From: Dehalococcoidia bacterium
GTDB taxonomy: Bacteria; Chloroflexota; Dehalococcoidia; Bin125
NCBI GenBank assembly: GCA_963663235.2
Contig: CAXXNO010000009.1
Location: 64,001-128,000, forward strand
Length of the DNA stretch: 64,000 nt
Reading direction: 5' to 3'
Position 1 is the stretch's first letter. Each line of letters opens with the position of its first letter. Below the pieces are notes generated by a model that did no database searches, was not told where the DNA came from, and saw only the letters and a list, made by a program, of their open reading frames with translations. A program made the translations under genes and the position numbers. Shown one piece after another: positions 29,131 through 37,936 of the stretch.

Positions 29131-29646
29131 ATGACCGACCTCAGCAGCGCGAACGAAGGCGAGCGCCACGACCCAGACGAGAGCGCCGGTACGGAACAGC
29201 TCGTCGTCATGCGGCTGGCGAACGAGGACTACGGCGTGGACATCACCACCGTCCGCGAGATCATCCGCATGCAGAAGATCACCGACGTGCCGCAGGCGCC
29301 GACCTATGTGGAAGGCATCATTAACTTGCGGGGCTCGGTGATCCCCGTCGTGGATCTGCGCAAGCGCTTCGGGCTATCCGCCGCCGAGGAATCGGCCGAT
29401 ACGCGGATCGTGGTGGTGGACGTCAAGGATCACACCGTGGGGCTCGTGGTGGACGGCGTGTCCGAGGTAATCTCCGTACCGGCGAACTCGATCGAGCCGG
29501 TGGGGAACTTCGCCGGCGGCTCCATGGCCAACGACCTGCGCGGCATCGTGAACCTGAGCGAGAAGATGATCATCCTGATCAACCTGGAGACGATGCTCGA
29601 CGCGATCGCCGGCACGGAACTGGAAGAGGCCGTTCGCGTCTCCTGA
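29131..29646 (+). CDS. cheW: Chemotaxis coupling protein CheW
   Basis: YGVDITTVREII, VPQAPTYVEGIINLRGSVIPVVDLRKRF, GLVVDGVSEV; AAGGAG RBS. Confidence 0.93.
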   Translation: MTDLSSANEGERHDPDESAGTEQLVVMRLANEDYGVDITTVREIIRMQKITDVPQAPTYVEGIINLRGSVIPVVDLRKRFGLSAAEESADTRIVVVDVKDHTVGLVVDGVSEVISVPANSIEPVGNFAGGSMANDLRGIVNLSEKMIILINLETMLDAIAGTELEEAVRVS

Positions 29647-29738
29647 CAGCGACTGCCGGCCCGCGCCCCTTGGCCGCGCCTGCGCTATTCTGAGCCGCAG
29701 ATTCACAGCCATCGGCGGCTCAGAGCAGGGAGAGGCGC

Positions 29739-30224
29739 GTGAGCGAAGCGGCCGCTGCGGACCGGGGTCCAGGCGTTACCCCTAACGAGACCGGCGAGCC
29801 CGACTGGCTGGAGTCGCTGGAATACATTCGCCAGACCTACGAGTTCATCGCCGGGAAGGCGCTCTTCGGCGCACATCTGGACGCGGTGGAGCGGGGTCGC
29901 GCTGTTTTCAAGCTGCCGATCTCGCCCATGCTGGGCGGGGGCGTGGCCGGCGGGGTGCACGGCGGCGTGCTGTCCGCTCTGGCGGACATCGCCGTCGTTT
30001 CCGCGGTGCGCACGGTCTGCGTCCAGGGAGACGTGATGCGCGGCACCGCCGAACTGAACATCTCCTACCTGCGCCCGGCGATCGGGCGGGAGTTAACGGT
30101 GACCGGCAGCATTCTGAAGAAGGGCAGCAGCCTGGCGGTCGGCGATGCCGAGATCCACAACGACGAGGGCAAGCTGATCGCCAAGGCGCGCGTCACCTAC
30201 GTGCTGGGGCAGGACGGAGGCTAG
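29739..30224 (+). CDS. PaaI family thioesterase (hotdog fold)
   Basis: VHGGVLSALAD, TAELNISYLRPA. Confidence 0.9.
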   Translation: MSEAAAADRGPGVTPNETGEPDWLESLEYIRQTYEFIAGKALFGAHLDAVERGRAVFKLPISPMLGGGVAGGVHGGVLSALADIAVVSAVRTVCVQGDVMRGTAELNISYLRPAIGRELTVTGSILKKGSSLAVGDAEIHNDEGKLIAKARVTYVLGQDGG

Positions 30225-30234
30225 CGGCACCCCC

Positions 30235-30906
30235 TCACTGCACAGTCTGCGACGCCAGCGACTGCTTGGCGGCGAACAGTTGCAGATCCTGCGCTCCCCG
30301 CAGCCCAAGCTTCTTCACAATATTCGCCTTGTGCTGCGCCACTGTCTTGGGACTGATCACCAGTCCGCCGGCGATATCCCGCGTGCTCTGGCCCTCGCCG
30401 ATCAACTGGATGACCTCCCGCTCGCGGCTGCTCAGCAGCGCCAGGTCATCCTGGCGGTCGAGATCGCTCCGCACCGCCAGCGACACCAGGAGCGGCCCCG
30501 CCAGTTCGGGACTGATGTAGGTCTCGCCCCGCGCCACAGCCCGGATCGCCCGTTCCAGCTCCGCCAGGTCGGCGGCCTTCGATACCAGGCCGACCGCGCC
30601 GGCCCGCAGGACATCGAACACGGTCTCCACCCGCGCCGCCGCGGTCAGCACCACAATGCGCGTCTGCGGGCATTCGCGCTGGATGCGCCGGGTCGCCTCC
30701 AGGCCGTCCAGCAGCGGCATCACGATGTCCATCAAGACAACGTCCGGCCGGATCTCAACGACGGCCTCCACCGCCTGGCGCCCGTTCGCCGCCTGGCCCG
30801 CTACCCGGACACCGTCCATGGACTCCAGCGCGATGGCCATGACGCCGCGCAAGAGGCCGTGATCATCGACGATGAAGACCGAGATCTCTTCGGTGGCGGT
30901 GGTCAT
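30235..30906 (-). CDS. NarL/LuxR family response regulator
   Basis: IVDDH, DVVLMDIVMP, LSSREREVIQLIGEG, ISPKTV. Confidence 0.93.
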   Translation of the reverse strand: MTTATEEISVFIVDDHGLLRGVMAIALESMDGVRVAGQAANGRQAVEAVVEIRPDVVLMDIVMPLLDGLEATRRIQRECPQTRIVVLTAAARVETVFDVLRAGAVGLVSKAADLAELERAIRAVARGETYISPELAGPLLVSLAVRSDLDRQDDLALLSSREREVIQLIGEGQSTRDIAGGLVISPKTVAQHKANIVKKLGLRGAQDLQLFAAKQSLASQTVQ

Positions 30907-31044
30907 GGGCAGCTCCCGCGGGGCCGGAGTTCCTAGGACACCGGCTGAACGAGCCTAGGACAGGGATCATCACCGCCACGTCTTAGGACGGGGCGCGTCG
31001 ATCACGGATCGATCACATGACGGCGGGGGCCGGCGACCCGGAGC

Positions 31045-31751
31045 CTAGGGCGTCCCGGCACCAAGGGTGTAGCCAACTCGGTTGACCGTGACCACGAAGC
31101 GGGCTCCTTGGGATTGGGCTCCAGCTTCCGCCGCAGCCGCCACACGGCCGTGCGCAGGAGGCCGAAGTCATCGACGTAGGCGGGCCCCCAGACGGCGCGA
31201 AGCAAATCGGCCGGCATCAGAACAGCGCCGGCATGCCGGATCAGCTCGGCCAGGAGCCCAAACTCCGTAGGCGTCAACACAACCGGCCGGTTATCGACCA
31301 GCACACGATGCTTGGCGAAGTCAACGGTGAGGCCATCCAGCCGGAACGGCTGGGACGGCGGGGCCGGGTGGTCCGCCGCCCGGCGGAGATTGGCGCGCAC
31401 GCGCGCGATCAATTCCCGCATGCCGAAGGGCTTGATGACGTAGTCATCGGCGCCGAGGTCCAGGCCGCGGACGCGGGAATCTTCGCTGTCCCGCGCGGTC
31501 AGCATGATGATGGGGACGTCGGAGAACTCGCGCACCAGGTGCACCACGTCGAAGCCGTCGAGGTCCGGCAGCATGAGGTCCAGGAGCATGCAGTCCGGCG
31601 CGCTGTCGCGCGCGCGGGCGATGGCCTGGCCGCCGTCGGCCGCTTCCACCACCCGCCAGCCGATCCGTTCCATCTCCATGCGCACGTACCGGCGGATGCG
31701 CGGCTGGTCATCCACGACGAGGATGGTGATGTCCTTGGCTGCGTTCACCAT
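31045..31751 (-). CDS. OmpR/KdpE-like response regulator (single-base frameshift near the C-terminus)
   Basis: VVDDQ, LLDLMLP, GADDYVIKPF, LRRKLEPNP. Adding one C at 31101-31103 restores ..PRFVVTVNRVGY.. ending at the TAG at 31045. Confidence 0.88.
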
Positions 31752-31904
31752 GCAAGTCCCGCGAGCCGTGCTGGAAGGAGGCGACAACCGCGGATGGGTC
31801 CATCCGGCAGGCTCAGTTTGCCCCGTCCATCGCCGTCCCGGCGCCGATAGGCATCACCGGCCCCGACAGCCGTCCCGCATCTATCCTGCGAGAAGCACGG
31901 TACC

Positions 31905-32008
31905 GTTTGCAAGGGCCGCTGTCGCGGCGGTTTTGCACGGGCCGCTGTCGCGGCGGTTTTGCACGGGCCGCTGTCGCGGCGGTTTTGCACGGGCCGCTGT
32001 CGCGGCGG
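31905..32008. repeat. 4 x 26-bp tandem repeat TTTTGCACGGGCCGCTGTCGCGGCGG
   Basis: Units at 31905 (2 mismatches), 31931, 31957 and 31983; no spacers. Confidence 0.93.
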
Positions 32009-32054
32009 GCAGCTCCCTGCTAGCCTGAGCGCCGATGCACGGAACGGACGAGCG

Positions 32055-32255
32055 ATGCAACGTGACCTAGTCGAGATTCTGGTCTGCCCCGTCACCAAAG
32101 AGCCGTTGGAGCTGGTGGTGGAAGAGACGGACGGCGACGAGATCATCCGCGGCCACCTCTACTCCCGCTCCATCGACTTCAAGTACCCGATAGAAGACGG
32201 GATCCCGAACCTCCTGCCGCCGGAGATGCAGAAGGCGCCCAGCGAGGACGACTAG
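32055..32255 (+). CDS. Trm112/YcaR family protein
   Basis: LVEILVCPVTKEPL, YPIEDGIPNLL. Confidence 0.9.
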   Translation: MQRDLVEILVCPVTKEPLELVVEETDGDEIIRGHLYSRSIDFKYPIEDGIPNLLPPEMQKAPSEDD

Positions 32256-32264
32256 CGGCCGCGG

Positions 32265-32924
32265 CTATCCCTCCGCCGCGGCCTCCCGCTGATCGAACTC
32301 GATTGCGGCGTCCAGATCCGCCAGCAGCGCGTCCAGGTCCAACGGCTGCCGGAAATCGGGCGGCCGACGGTAGGTCACGAGGGCGATGATATCGCCCCGG
32401 AGCAGGGCGGCGGCCTCGGCGTCGTCGCCCTCCACCGTGAAAGCGTAGCGACGGGCGCTGTCTCCCAGGCCGCGGACCACCCCGATCGATCGCACGCCAC
32501 GGAAGTTGGGATTGTCCGCCAAGGTGTCGACGAAGGCCGTGAAGAACGGGCCGGGGTCGACGTCGGGCTCCAGCATGAGCACGTCCACGGAGAGCACTTC
32601 GTTCGTGATGGCGACCCGGTAGGTGGCGCGGGCGGCGCCGGTCACCAGGCCCAGGGAGAGGATCGGTTCGCGGTCGTCGCGGGCGACTTCCAGAAAGCGG
32701 TCCGGCAACTCCACGCTGTCGCGCAGCAGGTATCGCTCCAGGAAGGGATCGTTGACGAAGGGCGCCGATTCATCGACGGGCAGTTGGAACGCGGGCGGGA
32801 GCGGCTGGGGAGGCGGCGGCGGGGCCGTTTCCGCCTCCTCCTCGCCGTCGCCCGAGCAGGCGGCGCTCAGGACAATCACGACGCCCGCCAGCGCCGCCGT
32901 GGGGATGAAGCCGCGTCGGATCAT
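32265..32924 (-). CDS. Putative lipoprotein
   Basis: MIRRGF..hydrophobic stretch..LSAAC lipobox, then an acidic/Pro-rich linker. Confidence 0.7.
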   Translation of the reverse strand: MIRRGFIPTAALAGVVIVLSAACSGDGEEEAETAPPPPPQPLPPAFQLPVDESAPFVNDPFLERYLLRDSVELPDRFLEVARDDREPILSLGLVTGAARATYRVAITNEVLSVDVLMLEPDVDPGPFFTAFVDTLADNPNFRGVRSIGVVRGLGDSARRYAFTVEGDDAEAAALLRGDIIALVTYRRPPDFRQPLDLDALLADLDAAIEFDQREAAAEG

Positions 32925-33076
32925 CGCAACGCCTGCAACCCGCCAGCCTGGTCGCCAGTGTATGGGGGTTGCCAGTGTATGGAGAGCCCGGCGCGGCGCC
33001 CGAGCAGTCTGCGCGCGCCGACCATCGTTCTGGTCGCGAACGTCTGTGCTATGCTCGCTCGGACGGAAACGTTGGA

Positions 33077-33107
33077 CTTTAATCCCGGTCCCGTGAGGCC
33101 GGAAAGG
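33077..33107 (+). promoter_or_regulatory. PyrR-binding RNA element in the pyr operon leader
   Basis: CTTTAATCCCGGTCCCGTGAGGCCGGAAAG closely resembles the RUCCNGNGAGGY loop with CUUUAA/AAAG flanks, directly upstream of pyrR. Confidence 0.88.
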
Positions 33108-33180
33108 ACAACGGGGCGCAGCATGCGCGAAGGACACCCGAGAGCCGGGCGCCGCCCCCTACACGGGAGAGCGCGGCCCC

Positions 33181-33747
33181 GTGAGTAGCCCTCACCCGAT
33201 CCCCACGACCGAGGTCCTCTCCGCCGCCGCGATCCGGCGCGCGCTGGTCCGGATCGCCCACGAGATCGTCGAGCGTCACGACGACCCGGCCCGCTTGGTG
33301 CTGGTGGGCATGCGCACGCGCGGCGTCCCGCTGGCCGAGCGGATCGCGGGGGCGATCGAGCAATTCGAGGCGGTCCGCGTACCCGTCGGGGCACTGGACA
33401 TCGGGCTGCACCGCGACGATCTGCCGCTGCGCGGCACCGCGCCACGGCTGCAACCCAGCAACCTCCCGGCCGCCATCGACGAGCAGGTCGTGGTGCTCGT
33501 CGACGACGTCCTCTTCACAGGCCGCTCGATCCGGGCCGCGCTGGACGCACTGATCGACTACGGCCGTCCCGGCGCCATCGAACTGGCCGTGCTGATCGAC
33601 CGCGGCCACCGCGAGTTGCCCATCCGGCCGGACTACGTAGGCAAGAACGTGCCCACGCAGCGAGCGGACGACGTGGTGGTGCGGCTGACGGAGACGGACG
33701 GGTGCGACGAGGTCATTCTGCGCTCCAGGGCGCCATCGCCCGCGTAG
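33181..33747 (+). CDS. pyrR: Pyrimidine operon attenuation regulator/uracil phosphoribosyltransferase
   Basis: [45 protein letters not shown]. Confidence 0.97.
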   Translation: MSSPHPIPTTEVLSAAAIRRALVRIAHEIVERHDDPARLVLVGMRTRGVPLAERIAGAIEQFEAVRVPVGALDIGLHRDDLPLRGTAPRLQPSNLPAAIDEQVVVLVDDVLFTGRSIRAALDALIDYGRPGAIELAVLIDRGHRELPIRPDYVGKNVPTQRADDVVVRLTETDGCDEVILRSRAPSPA

Positions 33748-33760
33748 GAGAGGAGCAGCC

Positions 33761-34771
33761 ATGGTCACCAAGCCCCGGACCGAAGCGGCCGCCGGCCGCG
33801 CGGCCGAACCCGCCGAAGAGGCCTCTGCGCAGCCGTGGCCGCACCGCCACCTCCTGGACGTGGACCAACTCACGGCCGCGGAGATCTTGCGTCTGATCGA
33901 GACCACCGAAGCCATGGAGGAGGTCCTGCACCGCCGCGTGCCGCGAACGCCCACCCTGCGCGGCGTCACTCTGTTCACGCTCTTCTACGAGGCCAGCACC
34001 CGCACGCGCGCCTCGTTCGAGCTAGCGGGCAAGGTGCTGGGCGCCGACGTCATCAACATCGCCGCGGGCAGTGCGAGCATCGAGAAGGGGGAGTCGCTGC
34101 TCGATACCGTGCGCACGCTCCAGGCCATCGGCGCGGACATCATCGCGCTGCGCCACCCGCACGCCGGCGCGCCCTATCTCGCCGCCCGCCACGGCAGCGC
34201 GCACATCGTCAACGCGGGCGACGGCGCGCACGCCCACCCGACGCAGGCCCTGCTCGACGCCTACACGCTGCGCAAGGCGCTGGGAACCATTGAGGGCAAG
34301 CGAGTGTGCATCGTGGGGGACATCAAGCACTCGCGTGTAGCGCGATCAAACATCTGGGCGCTGACGAAGTTGGGGGCGCAGGTGACCCTGGTCGGCCCCA
34401 GCACCCTGATGCCCGCCGGGCTCAATGCGTCGCATCCGCTGGCGCTGCCATCGGTCACAACGGATGACGACTTGGACCGCGCGATCGCCGGAGCGGACGC
34501 AGTGATGACCCTGCGCCTGCAGCGGGAGCGCATGCAGAGCGCGTTGTTGCCGTCGGAGCGCGAGTACGCGCGTCGCTACCAGATCACGCCCGCCCGCCTC
34601 GCGCGCGCCGCGCGCGGAGCGCCCGTCCTCCACCCCGGTCCGATGAACGAGGGGATCGAGATCGCGCCGGAGGTGGCGCACGGCAGGCAAAGCGAGATCG
34701 AAAGACAGGTCGAGCACGGCGTAGCCGTGCGCATGGCCGTGCTCTACCTCTTGGGCCGGGGCACAGAATGA
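33761..34771 (+). CDS. pyrB: Aspartate carbamoyltransferase catalytic subunit
   Basis: FYEASTRTRASFE, HPTQALLD, GDIKHSRVARSN, HPGPMNEG. Confidence 0.97.
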   Translation: MVTKPRTEAAAGRAAEPAEEASAQPWPHRHLLDVDQLTAAEILRLIETTEAMEEVLHRRVPRTPTLRGVTLFTLFYEASTRTRASFELAGKVLGADVINIAAGSASIEKGESLLDTVRTLQAIGADIIALRHPHAGAPYLAARHGSAHIVNAGDGAHAHPTQALLDAYTLRKALGTIEGKRVCIVGDIKHSRVARSNIWALTKLGAQVTLVGPSTLMPAGLNASHPLALPSVTTDDDLDRAIAGADAVMTLRLQRERMQSALLPSEREYARRYQITPARLARAARGAPVLHPGPMNEGIEIAPEVAHGRQSEIERQVEHGVAVRMAVLYLLGRGTE

Positions 34772-34908
34772 CCGCCCTGCTGATCCGCGGGGGGCGGGTG
34801 ATGGACCTCACCCCCCGGCCCCCTCTCCATCGTGACCGATGGAGAGGGGGAGAAAGAATGGGGACGGTGTTGAGCCGGGATGCGGCGCACGAGGAGCCGG
34901 CGCGATGA
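34768..34908 (+). other. Extra pyrC 5' end plus REP-like element (copy 3, 34805-34850), forming a 46-aa translationally coupled mini-ORF
   Basis: MTALLIRGGRVMD versus the real pyrC MTDLLIRGGRVID (36/40 nt identical); ATGA overlaps with both the pyrB stop and the pyrC start. Confidence 0.85.
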
Positions 34909-36236
34909 CGGATCTGCTGATCCGCGGGGGGCGGGTGATAGACCCGGCGAACGGCGTGGATGCCCTCCTGGACGTGCTCGTGCAAGACGGGCGGATCGCG
35001 GCCGTCGGCGTCGACGCGCCGGTCGACGCGCCCGTGCTGGACGCCAGCGGGCTGGTCGTGGCGGCCGGCTTCGTCGACCTGCACACGCACCTGCGGGAGC
35101 CGGGCGAAGAGCACAAAGAGACCATCGCCAGCGGGACCGCCGCCGCCGCCCGTGGCGGCTTCACCACCGTCTGTGCCATGCCGAACACGAGCCCAGCGAT
35201 GGACAGCGCGGCCGTGGTGGCGCAGGTGCTGAACGCCGCCCGGGGAGCGCCGGCCCGGGTGCTGCCCGTCGGCGCGATCACCAAGGGACGCGCCGGCAAA
35301 GAGCTGGCCGAGATGGAGGAGTTGCGCGCGGCCGGCGTCGTGGCGTTCAGCGACGACGGCGCCGGCGTCGCCGACGGCGGCGTAGCCCGCCGGGCCTGCG
35401 AGTACGCCGCCGACCTGGGCCTACCGATCAGCGAACACTGCGAGGACCCGGCCCTGGCCGAGGGCGGCCTGATGCACGAAGGCGCCATCGCAACGCGGCT
35501 CGGCCTGCCCGCACAGCCGGCCGAAGCCGAAGTGGCCATGGTCGAGCGCGACCTGCGCCTGGCGGAACGGACCGGCGTCCGCCTGCACCTGGCCCATATC
35601 AGCACGGCGGCGGCGTGCGCGGCGATCGCAAGCGCCAAGGCGCGCGGTCTCTTGGTGACCGCGGAAGTCACGCCCCATCACCTCTTCCTCACCGACGCCG
35701 CCGTCGCCGGAGCCGCCGAGACGCCAGGCGCCCTCGCCTACGACACCAACGCCAAGGTCAACCCGCCGCTGCGCAGCGCGGACGACATCGCCGCCTGCAT
35801 CGAGGCGCTGGCGGAGGGCGTGCTGGATGCCGTGGCCACGGACCACGCCCCACACGCGATCCCCGACAAGCTTTGCGAGTTCGACCGCGCCGCTTTCGGG
35901 ATCAGTGGCTTGGAGACGGCCTTCGGCGTGCTGGGGACGCTGGTGGCGCGGGGCGCGTTTCCACTGGCGACTCCTCTGGCGACCGTGATCGAGCGGCTGA
36001 CCATCGGGCCGGTGCGGGCGTGGGGGCTGGACCGGGGCGACTTGACCGGGCTGGGGACGTTGGGCATCGGCGCGCCCGCGGACGTGGCGATCATCGATCC
36101 GGACGCGGTGTGGACGGTGAAGCCTGAGAGGTTCGCATCGATGGGGAAGAACACGCCGCTGGCGGGGCGGGAGCTGACGGGCCGGGTGGTGGCGACGGTG
36201 TTCGGGGGTCGGGTGGTACACGAGGAACGGGAGTAG
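34905..36236 (+). CDS. pyrC: Dihydroorotase
   Basis: GFVDLHTHLREPG, CAMPNT, KVNPPLR, ATDHAPH. Confidence 0.96.
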   Translation: MTDLLIRGGRVIDPANGVDALLDVLVQDGRIAAVGVDAPVDAPVLDASGLVVAAGFVDLHTHLREPGEEHKETIASGTAAAARGGFTTVCAMPNTSPAMDSAAVVAQVLNAARGAPARVLPVGAITKGRAGKELAEMEELRAAGVVAFSDDGAGVADGGVARRACEYAADLGLPISEHCEDPALAEGGLMHEGAIATRLGLPAQPAEAEVAMVERDLRLAERTGVRLHLAHISTAAACAAIASAKARGLLVTAEVTPHHLFLTDAAVAGAAETPGALAYDTNAKVNPPLRSADDIAACIEALAEGVLDAVATDHAPHAIPDKLCEFDRAAFGISGLETAFGVLGTLVARGAFPLATPLATVIERLTIGPVRAWGLDRGDLTGLGTLGIGAPADVAIIDPDAVWTVKPERFASMGKNTPLAGRELTGRVVATVFGGRVVHEERE

Positions 36237-36468
36237 ATGAGCGAGCGGCAGCCGGCGGCGCTGGTGCTGGAGGACGGGGGCGTCTTCTGGGGGGAACGAC
36301 CTCACCCCCTAACCCCCTCTCCATCGGCAAGCGATGGAGAGGGGGAACGCGCGAGGATACTCCCTGTTCGGGCGGGGCAGGCCGGCACGAGTGGATCCCA
36401 GGAGGGAAGGATGGAGAGGGGGGACCGGAATACCTGCGCCCGCCGATGGCCAAGCTGGAGAACGTGCT
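36237..36468 (+). other. Extra carA 5' end plus REP-like element (copy 4, 36299-36345), spacer and REP half-site (36410-36423)
   Basis: MSERQPAALVLEDGGVFWG begins immediately after the pyrC stop; it is out of frame with the full carA. Confidence 0.85.
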
Positions 36469-37584
36469 GTGACGGAGCGCCGGCCCGGCGTGCTGGTTTT
36501 GGAGGACGGCGGTGTCCTGCGCGGCCATCGCATCGGCGCGGACGGCGAGGCGTGGGGCGAAGTGGTGTTCAACACATCGATGACCGGCTACCAAGAGATG
36601 TTGACCGACCCCTCCTACGCCGGGCAGATCCTGGCGCTCACGTATCCGCTGATCGGCAACTACGGGCTGGAACCCCCGATCGACGAGAGCGCGCGGGTGC
36701 AGGTGCGCGGCCTGGTGGTGCGCGAAGACTGCCAAGCGCCCAGCCATCCTCACGGCGGCGTCACGCTGCACGAGTACCTCCTGGCCGCCGGCATCCCCGG
36801 CCTGGCGGGGGTCGACACGCGCGCGCTCACGCGCCGGCTGCGGAAGCGGGGCGTGATGCAAGGGCTGATCGTCGAGCCCGCGGAGATCGAGCGCGCGCGC
36901 GCGCGCCTGGCGGACCTGCCCGCCTACGACAGCCAGGACTTCACGGGGTCGGTGAGCGCGGCGGCGGCGTACGACTGGGAGCGGGGGCCGGTCGATGTGG
37001 GATCGACGCGAGGCGGTCACCGCATCGTCGTGCTGGACGAAGGCTTGAAGTACAACATCCTGCGCAGCCTGCGGGCGCGCGACTGTCGAGTGACCGTCGT
37101 GCCGGCGCACACCCCGGCGGCGGAGGTGTTGGCGCTGGAGCCGGACGGGGTGGTGCTATCGCCGGGGCCCGGCGACCCGGCGCTGCGCGACGCGCAGGTG
37201 GAGACGACCAAGCGGCTGCTGGGTCGCGTGCCGCTGATGGGCATCTGCCTGGGGCACCAAATGATCGCGCGGGCGCTGGGGGCTGGCACGTTCAAGCTGA
37301 AGTTCGGCCACCGCGGCGGCAACCATCCGGTCAAGGAGCTGAGCACGGGGCGCGTTTCCATCACGGCGCAGAACCACGGCTACGCGGTCGACCCGGAGAG
37401 GCTGGAGGGGGGCGCGTCGGTGAGCCACATCAACCTGCACGACGGGACGGTCGAGGGGCTGACGCATCGCGAGTATCCATTGGTGTCGATCCAGTACCAC
37501 TCGGAGGCGTCGCCGGGGCCGCTGGACAACGGGTATTTGTTCGACCGGTTCTTGGAGATGGTGCGTGAGGCGAAGGGGGGCTGA
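36469..37584 (+). CDS. carA: Carbamoyl-phosphate synthase small subunit
   Basis: LVLEDG, GEVVFNTSMTGYQE..TDPSY, GICLGHQ, FGHRGGNHPV, QYHSEASPGP; GTG start after GGAG. Confidence 0.96.
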   Translation: MTERRPGVLVLEDGGVLRGHRIGADGEAWGEVVFNTSMTGYQEMLTDPSYAGQILALTYPLIGNYGLEPPIDESARVQVRGLVVREDCQAPSHPHGGVTLHEYLLAAGIPGLAGVDTRALTRRLRKRGVMQGLIVEPAEIERARARLADLPAYDSQDFTGSVSAAAAYDWERGPVDVGSTRGGHRIVVLDEGLKYNILRSLRARDCRVTVVPAHTPAAEVLALEPDGVVLSPGPGDPALRDAQVETTKRLLGRVPLMGICLGHQMIARALGAGTFKLKFGHRGGNHPVKELSTGRVSITAQNHGYAVDPERLEGGASVSHINLHDGTVEGLTHREYPLVSIQYHSEASPGPLDNGYLFDRFLEMVREAKGG

Positions 37585-37922
37585 TGGGCACACGGTTGCC
37601 GGGAACCGGCATGCTCCTGTTGCTCGCGGTAACGGCGGGAACCGTCGGGACCGTGTCGTTCGGGTTCGGGCTGGCGTGCTTCGCGAGCGGCGACGCGGGG
37701 GTTGACTGCGCGGTCCTCACGGTTGCCGTGCCGTTCGTCGCGTGGCCGTTGGGGATCGCGCTGGCGATCCTGGGAGCGGCGCGGCGGGGCTGGCTGGTGG
37801 CTTTCGAGGAGGAGGAGAGAACCTCACCCCCCGGCCCCCTCTCCATCGTGACCGATGGAGAGGGGGAGCAAGCATCGGCATCGTCGAAGGCACGCTCGAC
37901 GGCGGGGGAGAGGCGAGGATGA
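37584..37922 (+). CDS. Small two-TM hypothetical protein between carA and carB, containing REP-like copy 5 (37821-37866)
   Basis: TGATG overlap with the carA stop; two hydrophobic segments; the 3' part reads through the hairpin. Confidence 0.55.
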   Translation: MGTRLPGTGMLLLLAVTAGTVGTVSFGFGLACFASGDAGVDCAVLTVAVPFVAWPLGIALAILGAARRGWLVAFEEEERTSPPGPLSIVTDGEGEQASASSKARSTAGERRG

Positions 37923-37936
37923 ACGGGTGAGCAGCC

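Noticed and set aside
36237-37568. 443-aa ORF overlapping carA in another frame
   Set aside because: Only the first 19 codons are CarA-like; the rest is Arg/Ala/Gly-rich off-frame translation.
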